Assembly (NCBI RefSeq): GCF_000315625.1
Contig: NW_005434661.1
Coordinates: 1,001,892-1,062,263 of the forward strand
Direction of reading: 5' to 3'
From: Guillardia theta CCMP2712
Lineage: Eukaryota; Protista; Cryptophyta
DNA length: 60,372 nt
Part shown: positions 51,900-60,372 of the stretch, piece by piece
Layout: each line of letters starts with the position of its first letter
Position numbering within the stretch: position 1 is the stretch's first letter
Program-made: the position numbers and the translations under genes
The notes under the pieces: model-generated
Told to the model about the DNA's origin: nothing
What the model saw: the letters and a program-made list of their open reading frames with translations, nothing else
Databases searched by the model: none

Positions 51900-54800
51900 T
51901 CACCGTGACTGGAGAATACCTGTGAGACATCCGTGTAGTTCGTTTCGATAAAGTTTTTGCTTTAGATCCTGCATGTGGCAAGGGAGTCTTCAACAATTAA
52001 CTCAGCTGGGTAATTTTGATGAAGCACCTGTTGCTTTGCTGGCCTGACAGCAAGTCATTTCTCACTAGTGACGCAGCGCAGCAAACCTGAGAAAGCTTCT
52101 CCAAGAGTCTCTCACGTTCAGCATTCCACGCTTGCCTTTCATTCGCCCTCTCTGTCTCCATACTTGCAATCGCTCTGAAAGGAAATTCGTCACGATGAGC
52201 ATATTAGAAGTAGAAACTATACAGCGAGGTATCCTCGTACTTCGTTTTCATGTCTGCCAGCGATTGTTTGTAAAGCTCTGCCTTTTCAATAAACTCTTGG
52301 TTTTTTCTCTCCTAAGTTGTTCATCAGTCACCCTCTCTTCATTTTGATTTAGAGATTACTGAGAAGCTTTCTGAAGCCGTGAGTTTGGAAAGCAGTGCTT
52401 TGATTTCTTCTTCTCGCTTTCGGAGACAGGTACAGTTTTCTTGTAAGGATTTCTCCAATCTAGCGTTCGTTTCCTGCAGCAAAGAAACTTCCAAGGTCCT
52501 TGCCTGGAGATTCTGGCTGCAAACGAACAGCTTGACGACGCTGTCTGCTCTCTCGTCACGAAGGATTTTGCGAGATGCCAAAGTAAAGCAAAGCTCTTGC
52601 AGGACAAGTTCGATTCTTCTTACAAATTCGTCGATGAGTCGATAGAATCTTTCATATTCAAAGATATTTTCTCTCAACAACGATTTTTCCATTTTGATAC
52701 GATTCAAGTCTTCATGTGCTCCTCTCATTCGAAACGAAATCTTCCGACAGGATTCGTCGTAATCAGCAGCTTGCCTTCTAGTTTGTTTAAGTTCCTTCTC
52801 AAGCATGTTGTTGGTGTCAAGCATCTGATTTAGTCTCAAGCTCAATGCAGCGTTTTGTTTTTGGCTTGTATCAAGTTGCTGTCTTATTGCGAATAGCTCA
52901 GCATTGGATTTCTCGTATACCTTCATCATGTTTGAGTTACCCGCTTCAACGTTGTTCAGACGAGACACCAAGAGGGCATCAGCCGCTTTTCTTTCCGAAG
53001 ACATCAGCTCATTCATTCTGTTCATCTGGTCCATCATCGACTTGTGGATGTTCTCTTGCGATGTTGACATCTGCCGTTTCAAGTCTTCGCTTTGAAGTGA
53101 AACAGCAGCAAAAGCCTGAACCCCAGCAATCATCCTCCACGCAATCCCAGTGAGCGCATCTCTTCCGCTCGTGATATCTGATTTGAGCAGTGACATATTG
53201 TTCTTTATCATCGACGACTGTTTCTTGATAGCGAGAGACTGGCGTCTGATCTCCGACACATTTCTGCTCTCCTTTCGTGCAGCTTGCTCAATCACCCTCT
53301 TTAACGTTTGCCTTTGCAAAAGGTGCAGGGCAAGGTTATCCTCGACCGATCTGGAAACACCTGCGAGGATAGTTCCTAGCTTTTGCAGTCGTTCTTCAAG
53401 TACTATCATTTCATCTCGAGCAGCCCGTTCAGATGCTTCAAACAAAGACACCATCTCCTGCTGTTTCTCAATATGAGCTTGTTTTAAGCTTTCTGTAACT
53501 TCCTCAATTTGCATTGCTTTCTCCAGCTTAAATTGTTCTACCTCATGAGCATTTGAGTCAAGCTGTTTGAGCAAGGTCGCTTCCCGGATGCTATATAAAG
53601 ACTGTTCTTGCAGCAGCTGATGATTTTTAGAGGAGATGTCGGATACGATGCAATCAAAACAGCGCAGTAGCGTTTCGACCAGGGTGTCAACAATTGGATC
53701 CAGGAGGAGAAGTAAGGCTTTGCTTTGATCATCTATACAGCTTTCAACGCCCTGCACCCACTGCCCTGTCAAACGTTCCTGCAAAATGTTGAATGAAAAA
53801 TCGTCTTTGCTCCAAGATTGAAGCTTGTCCACGATAAACGCAAGCTTTGAATTTACCATAGTCTCAAACGAGCTTTGCAATTTCATGTTTAGAGCATCAT
53901 TTAAACGCGTGTTTATTCTCTCAAACGAGAGGAGCAGATGCTTGGTAACGTCCAAGTACCCATCTTCAAAATCTTTCAATTCGTGCAAGATGATTTTAAG
54001 CTCTTCAGTGCAGTGATACAATTTCGCTTGTAATTTTGTTGAGTTGTCTCGCAATTCATCTATTTCAATTGTGCTCTGTAGACAGATCTTATTATGCGAT
54101 TGTTCAAGCACTCTCTTGGATTCCTCTTGAGTTGCTATCATCAAGTTGATTTCTTCCTCCAGCAGCTTTACTTTCGACGTTTCTTCCTGCAGACAAGAAT
54201 ACAGCTCTTCAATATTTTTTCTGAAACTATTGTTTTGTTCTCGCAGCCTATTGGTTTCTCTGGTTGCCCCTGCATTCGTGTCGAGCAGTTGAGCTTGCAA
54301 ATCACTTATTGTGGTTACAGCATCCTCAAGCTGCCTTGTCAATTCCACAACACTTTCATGATGTCTGCTGCTTTGCTGGTCAAGCTGCAGCTTCAATTCA
54401 GCAAGTTCCTTGCTGTTTTCCTCTAGCTCGTCTTTCAGGTTACGGATAACAATGACGTGCTCTTCGACGGTCTGTAAGAGTTTTACGTTTTCCACTTTCA
54501 TCAAAGACTGCATTGCCATGGCTTTGGAATATTTATCCTGTAAGATCACGGTTTCCTGATTTTCATTGGAGAGCTGAGCAATAGTTTGCTGCATGATGCT
54601 GACATTGCTCCTTGCCATGTCAATTTCACGATGCGATGCTTTCACTTGTATTTCTGCAGTTTCCAGCCTTACATGCAAATCTTCGATTGTCTGATGCTTC
54701 GCTTGAATTTCAGCAGAGAGATCGAAACATTCCTCTTGTAGCTGTTTGATTCGATTTGTCTGTGCCTTAAGCATCGAATTAGCAACTTTCATCTTTTCTC

Positions 54801-55290
54801 TTTCATCTGCCAGTGCGTTTTCTGTTTGATTGAGTCGAATGAGCAGCACCTCCAGATTTGTCTGCAAGGATCAGATCATCAGTCGATGTCAGCTATCCTC
54901 ATGTTGCAAAGTACTTACCTCATCTATCGCCTGTTGTTGAGAGTGATTTTTCATCGTATTCAAAGCATTTGCTCGATCATTGGAACTTGGCGACCAAAAC
55001 ACAGATATCTCGTTCTCATCCATATGATTTCCTACGATGTAACTTGTCTGCGGTTGTTTTTGCCGCGTTGGTCGACCAAATGAGGAATCGAAAATGATTG
55101 CTTGTTTTGTATAGCTGAGTGTTTTCTCGGAAAACTTGGATTCATTTCTAGGTGACTCTATTTCCTTGGTGAGTTCATCTTCATCTCCCGACCTGTCAAG
55201 ATCTAATGACGCGATCTCAACACCTCGAATCCAACACTCTTTCAAGATATTCATCGACTTCTCAGTCTCGCTCTCCCTACTTTCTGCCAT
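51900..55290 (-). CDS. Large coiled-coil protein (>950 aa), multi-exon; 3' end uncertain
   Basis: 842-aa heptad-rich exon (52339-54867) plus a 5' exon starting at ATG 55290. Confidence 0.75.
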
Positions 55291-55391
55291 TCATTCAAGC
55301 ATTGAATGAAACTTGAAAAGGGGTCAAGTCATAGAGTAAAACTTGAAAAGGATTTTTTTTTTTTTTTTTAGCAATAGGTTTTAGCCCGGAG

Positions 55392-55453
55392 TTTAGGGTT
55401 TAGGGTTTAGGGTTTAGGGTTTAGGGTTTAGGGTTTAGGGTTTAGGGTTTAGG
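55392..55453 (+). repeat. Telomeric repeat array (TTTAGGG)8 + TTTAGG
   Basis: Directly visible; preceded by a T-run and degenerate repeats at 55353-55391. Confidence 0.97.
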
Positions 55454-58401
55454 AGCCGGCCCTTAGTAAGAGCATGCTGCCCTGCGGCGCGTAGGGAGAG
55501 CGCAAGGGGACCGGTGGAAGCTGCGAGCAAGAGGTTCGTATAGTTCAAACAGCTTTCTAAGCATGGTACTACAGTATGATGAGAGCGTTCGCAACCTGCT
55601 GTATCGGAGATCATGCCCATACACTCAGGGTGAGCGCTCCGGAGGCCACGTCGAGGAGGCCGCCGACCTCGTCGAGAAGGTGAAGAACTTCACCAAGCGT
55701 TATCCGAATAGTCGGACAGCTTATGCTTGCAGAGCTGAGCCGGGGGGGATGCACTCCCGACGCTATCGCTGAAGCCATCCGCTCGACATGTCCGGGCAGG
55801 CGAGACGCGACCTGTTTGAAGACTCTCTGAGCGAATGGAGCTCAGAGTCGAGAGCATGGTTTATTCAACAGATGGAGGAGGCCAAGAAGCAGAATGTCGA
55901 GACATACATCGGCACCGAAGGCACCGAGGGGACCTTCTCCATGACTCTCCTAGGGATTTCCTCGATGTTTGTTCGACAAGAAGAAAAGTTGAAATCGAAG
56001 CTTATGGAGCTGGATCTCATGGTAGACTCAGTCGATGGAGTCGACAAGGCCATCATGTGGAAAGCACCTTACAGACCTGAGATAGCACGAGCAGACGACA
56101 TCTCAGTCACCGTCTCCTTCCTTCGGAATGAAGCAGCCATGGAGCTATGGGAAGGCAGGAGAGAATACTGCATAGACGGCAGATCGTTCAGAGCCACAGA
56201 GGTGAGCATGACAAGTTGCACATGACCGGTCGTTCAAACTTCGAGCCAAGCGAGGACCTTGGGGCAAGGGAGGGAGCCTTGCCGAGCTATCACAGCTCTT
56301 AGCCCTTGGAGGAATGTCGACGGCCGAGATCGCTCAGATCTATCGATTTCAGCTGCTCTCGCAATCTCTTGCAGCCGCAGAGGTACAACCGCTTGCGGGC
56401 ATGCTCGTGCAGGGTCCTGGGCAGAGAGGTCGCAAGGGGCCGAGCCCGAAGACGTATGTTGCTGTTGCCGGGGCAAGTACGGGAACTCTCCAGCAAAAAG
56501 AGCTGGAGTGGGTGCTGAGCTCGCCTGCGACGGCAAGTTGCGAGCAGACCTTGGCCTCGTTCAGAGAGAGCGAGGCGATGGAGGGGGTGCACCTGACTCT
56601 CATCAGCGACGACGCCAAGCTCAGAGAGACGTTTGCAGTCGAGCTCACAGCCGACACCATCGTTCCTAGGGGAAAGATCGCTAAGCAAAGGAGGGCACTT
56701 CGCGAGAGAGATCATGCGGGGCGCAGCAGCTTCAGAGTACAGATCAAGTCGAGGTCAAGCATGAGCACAGGCCGCTTCTCGAGGAAGGAGATGGAAGCGC
56801 TGTGCGGAGGAGGTAACACATCGATCACGAGAGTCAAGCGAGCCATGTTGGAGTTAGCAAGAAGGATAGGCGTGACGCCGCCGGTCAGCGTCGAGGTCGA
56901 GGAGGATCGTGACACGCTCAGCTGGGATGGGAGCCTGATAGCTCTCTCCCTGGCGACCAAGGCAGAGCGGCTCGACGCTTGATGGAAGACATGCCCTTCT
57001 ACTTGGAAGGGATCCTGGAAGTCAAGCTCGAAGCGGTGGGGTTCAAGCTCAACGGGCCTCAGCATGAGGAGGAGAGGAGCCTGAGCAGCGAGGAGCAAGC
57101 CAGCGAGGAGCGAGCAGCGAGGAGCAGGCTGGAGCCCCAAGGGCAGCAGGCTGGAGCTCAGCGACATCGACAGGATCACCATGGAAGCAGCGTCACCGCC
57201 AGGGCCAGTCGATCAACAGGTCTTGCTCGACCTCTCGACGATGCTCTTGGAGACATCAGAGGAGGAGCTGCTAGCTGGCAAGCCGATCTCTCTGGAGCTA
57301 GACAAGAGTGTTGGCAAGCTGCATGACACCTTCTGCTCGCCGGGCAACGTGGAGTTCATGACGCTCGGAGCTTGGGCAGCCACGCCGACGCTGGGATCGA
57401 AGCGAAACATGTTGAAAGAAAAGCTCAGAGCGTACCTCGGCGAGCAGCGCTGGACACGGCCGCGACGGGTGCAAGGGAATAAGGCAGCGAGGAGGGGCAG
57501 CGCCTTCTCTCCAAGGGCAGCAGCGACTGACTCTGCGCTCGAGCAGGAGGCTGAGAGCGATGACATCGAGAGTCGATCTGTAAGCCTCTTGTTTCTTGCG
57601 ATCAGTAAATTTGCGGAGCACCATGGGTTGAGCTGCACGGGCAAGGTCGACAAGCAAGACCGACTGCGGCTGATGATGAGGGAGGAAGTCGACATGGAGG
57701 CTGAGGAGGGCGAAGGCATGGAGGAGGAGGCCGGTGCAGGCCCCTCGCGCGCTTGAGGCTCGAGTCAAGGCTTAGAGGTGGACAAGAGGCGGAGCGGAGC
57801 TGTGGGCCCCATGGGGGGAAGGAGGAAGAAATAAATGAGGTGGACATGGGGCAAGCAACGAAGGTAAGGGNNNNNNNNNNNNNNNNNNNNNNNNNNNNNN
57901 NNNNNNNNNNNNNNNNNNNNNNNNNNNNNNNNNNNNNNNNNNNNNNNNNNNNNNNNNNNNNNNNNNNNNNGAGGAGGAGGCCGGGCGGAGGCCAGCCGGC
58001 CGGGCTCTCGGGCCCGGTCCGGACCGAGGCCCCGGGGAAGGGACGTGAGTCCCAGGGACCCATACGCATTCCACCTACCACCTCATCCTTCATTCACTCA
58101 CTGGCCGAAGGCCGGCCGAGACCGCCAAGGTGTGTCGGAGCCGAGGAAGCAACACAAGTTGAAAGCACGGACGACCCAGGCCAAGGCCAGCGGAGGAAAC
58201 TCCACTGGCTGAGGCCGGGGGAGACCACTGAAGTATATCAGAGGAGGGAGCAGAGCAGAAGCACGGCTGCCGTAGGGGCCAGCCAAGTCGGGCCGAACTG
58301 CCAGGTCACGAGATCCCGGCGGTGTTAGACTAGAATAGAGCAAGATGAAAACATTCAACCTACCTAGCATTCTAATAAACTCAACTACTACTACTACTAC
58401 T
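55454..58401 (+). mobile_element. Telomere-inserted putative non-LTR retroelement, copy 1 (frameshifted ORF1-like gene; contains an N gap)
   Basis: Flanked on both sides by TTTAGGG arrays; protein homologous to copy 2; ends with AATAAA (58374-58379) and an (ACT)6 tail. Confidence 0.7.
55476..57756 (+). pseudogene. ORF1/Gag-like gene of copy 1, broken by at least 5 frameshifts
   Basis: ORF-track pieces 55563-55772, 55788-56225, 56314-56982, 56979-57326 and 57181-57756 join into one protein colinear with copy 2. Confidence 0.7.
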
Positions 58402-58453
58402 AGGGTTTAGGGTTTAGGGTTTAGGGTTTAGGGTTTAGGGTTTAGGGTTTAGG
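58401..58453 (+). repeat. Internal telomeric array TAGGG(TTTAGGG)6TTTAGG
   Basis: Directly visible, between the two elements. Confidence 0.97.
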
Positions 58454-58454
58454 A

Positions 58455-58549
58455 GGCGCCGTTATTTTCGGCAGGCGCCGTTATTTTCGGCAGGCGCCGT
58501 TATTTTCGGCAGGCGCCGTTATTTTCGGCAGGCGCCGTTATTTTCGGCA
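58455..58549 (+). repeat. Perfect 19-bp tandem repeat (GGCGCCGTTATTTTCGGCA)x5
   Basis: Directly visible, with no spacers. Confidence 0.95.
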
Positions 58550-58640
58550 GCATGGCTCCTCGTCAGGTGTAGGGGAAGCCGCCAGGGCGCCAAGGAAGCT
58601 GCAAGCAAGAGGTTTGTATACTTCAAATAGCTTTCTAAGT

Positions 58641-60372
58641 ATGGTTCTTCAGTATGATGAAAATGTTCGCAACCTGCTGTATCGGAGATCATGCCAATAC
58701 ACGCAGAGCGGACTTGTGGATGCCTCTGTCCTCGAAGCTGATCTCGTCGAGAGGGTGAAGAGCTTCGCGAAGCGTTATCCGAACAGCAGGACAGCCCAGG
58801 CTTGCAAGGCTGTGGAGGGATGCACCCCCGACGCTATCGCAGAAGCCATCCGCTCGACATGTCAGCAGGCACGACGTAAGTTTCTGCAAGAAGCGATGAC
58901 TGGATGGAGTGACGCATCCAGAGAGTGGTTTATGCAGCAGATTGAAGAAGCCAAGAAGGAGAAGGTCGAGACATACACCGCCTCAGCAGGCAACGAGGTG
59001 ACTTCCTTCATCTCCATGACTCTCCTGGGCATCTCCTCGGTGTATGTCAACCATGAAGAAAAGCTGAAGAAGAAATTTGAAGAGATCGGACTGATCGTAG
59101 ACTCAGTGCAAGAGAGTAAAGCAATCATGTGGAAGGCTCCGTATAGACCCGAGATAGCGAGTGCTGAGGAGATCCCGGTGACTGTTTCCTTCCTCCGCAA
59201 TGCACAAGCGGAGAAGCTCTGGCAGGGAAGAGAGGACTTCGCGATCGATGGTCGCAAGTTCACAGCTGTACATGTGAGCATCGTGCACGATCGATCTTTC
59301 AAGATTCGAGCCAAGAGAGGACCCTGGGGCAAAGGGGGCAGCTTGGCAGAGCTGACTCACCTGCTAACCTTGGGCGGCATGACAACGGCTGAGATAGCTG
59401 CCGTCTATCGCTATCAGCTGCTGCGCCAGTCCCTTGCAGCGGTCCAACTCCAGCCGCTGGCANNNNNNNNNNNNNNNNNNNNNNNNNNNNNNNNNNNNNN
59501 NNNNNNNNNNNNNNNNNNNNNNNNNNNNNNNNNNNNNNNNNNNNNNNNNNNNNNNNNNNNNNNNNNNNNNNNNNNNGTCTCCTCGAGCTGCCCAGAGGCG
59601 AATGATACAGCATTTCGAGCTTTCCCGAGAGAGCGAAGCGATGGAGGGAGTACACCTGACTCTGTTCAGCGAGGACCCGAAGATCAGAGACGCGCTCGCA
59701 GTCGAGTTGACAGCTGATCGCTTTGTGTCCAGAAATAAGTTGAAGAAGGCATCAAGGATGCAGAAGAAGGCAGGCGGCAAGGACGGCAAGGAAATCAAGA
59801 TCATCATCAAGTCGACGGCGGCATCTGGTCGCTTCACGAGGAAGGAGATGGAGGGGCTGTGCAACGGCGGCAACACGTCTATCGCAAGAGTCAAGAGAGT
59901 CTTGTTGGAGATCGCTAACAGGCTCGAGATCAACGTTGAAGGCATCGACATGGAGGAGGATTTGAACACCAAGTCCTGGAACGGGTCCAAGCTATGCATC
60001 CTCCTCGGCTCCACGGAGGATGCTCGACGCGTGATGAAGGAGCTGCCCTTCTATCTCGAAGGCGCAGCAACCAAGCTCGAAGCAGTCGGCTTCGACAAGG
60101 AGCCTGACTCTGAGGCGGCTGGTCAGCGGGGCACCAGCGACGCAGCGCAGCGACAGGAGGAGAGCGAGGGAGAGTGGCTGGAGTTTACAGACCTGGAGAG
60201 GATCACAATGGAGGCAGCATCTCCGTCAAGCCAAGAGGACATGCAGCTCGTCAGCGAGCTGTCAGCAGTCATCGAAGATGCAGCTTCTTTGAACGAGGCG
60301 GGGACGAGCGAGCCGATCAAGCTGGTCCTGGACAAGGCCGTTGGCAACCTCCACGACACGTTCTACTCTCCG
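58641..60372 (+). CDS. ORF1/Gag-like protein of copy 2 with two RRM-like segments (partial; N gap 59463-59576)
   Basis: Open from MVLQYDE to the gap and again after about 59640 to the window end; the frame is also open upstream of the ATG. Confidence 0.65.

Larger units (their letters stand above)
58454..60372 (+). mobile_element. Telomere-inserted putative non-LTR retroelement, copy 2 (runs off the window)
   Basis: Starts after TTTAGG in the same register as copy 1; encodes the homologous protein. Confidence 0.7.

Noticed and set aside
55474-55574. Conserved in-frame TAG readthrough plus a 41-nt intron at the element 5' end
   Set aside because: The supposed intron shows synonymous conservation in the main reading frame, and the TAG is simply GTA GGG (Val-Gly) in that frame
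58190-58270. RNase P RNA-like words (GAGGAAACTCC ... CAGAAGCACGGCT) or a self-cleaving ribozyme
   Set aside because: The two strands cannot form the P4 helix; no CUGANGA hammerhead core or HDV topology was found by eye
58455-58549. CRISPR-like array
   Set aside because: The repeats abut with no spacers, there are no cas genes, and the context is eukaryotic
55392-60372. Penelope/Athena-type or HeT-A-type terminal addition
   Set aside because: Those attach with the 3' end toward the centromere; here the sense strand equals the G-rich strand and the tail faces outward, which fits insertion into the repeats better

Overview
Gene-dense eukaryotic nuclear sequence that appears to run into a chromosome end. 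Many 40-55 nt GT-AG introns, bipartite plastid-targeting leaders with an AxAF motif and (TTTAGGG)n repeats point to a cryptophyte alga (Guillardia-like; inferred, not proven). Bases 1-55,290 hold about 20 intron-rich genes: prefoldin 6, an NSE2-like SP-RING protein, EngB GTPase, DUS1, a CaMK-type kinase with a C-terminal cNMP domain, a four-homeodomain protein, a CENP-C-like protein ending in an HMG box, a CLK/LAMMER kinase, purple acid phosphatase, a DAGK/YegS lipid kinase, a GT23 fucosyltransferase, plastid RPE, plastid RsmD, an HTH/AT-hook protein, and coiled-coil and membrane proteins. The most striking feature starts at 55,392: a head-to-tail array of (TTTAGGG)n / element / (TTTAGGG)n / element. 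The two elements are diverged paralogues encoding a LINE ORF1-like protein. Both start in the same telomere register, and the one whose 3' end is visible finishes with AATAAA plus an (ACT)6 tail joined to AGGG. This looks like a family of telomere-repeat-targeted non-LTR retroelements (SART-like geometry). No reverse transcriptase is visible; it may lie in the assembly gap or beyond the window. All gene models were spliced by eye, so boundaries are approximate.
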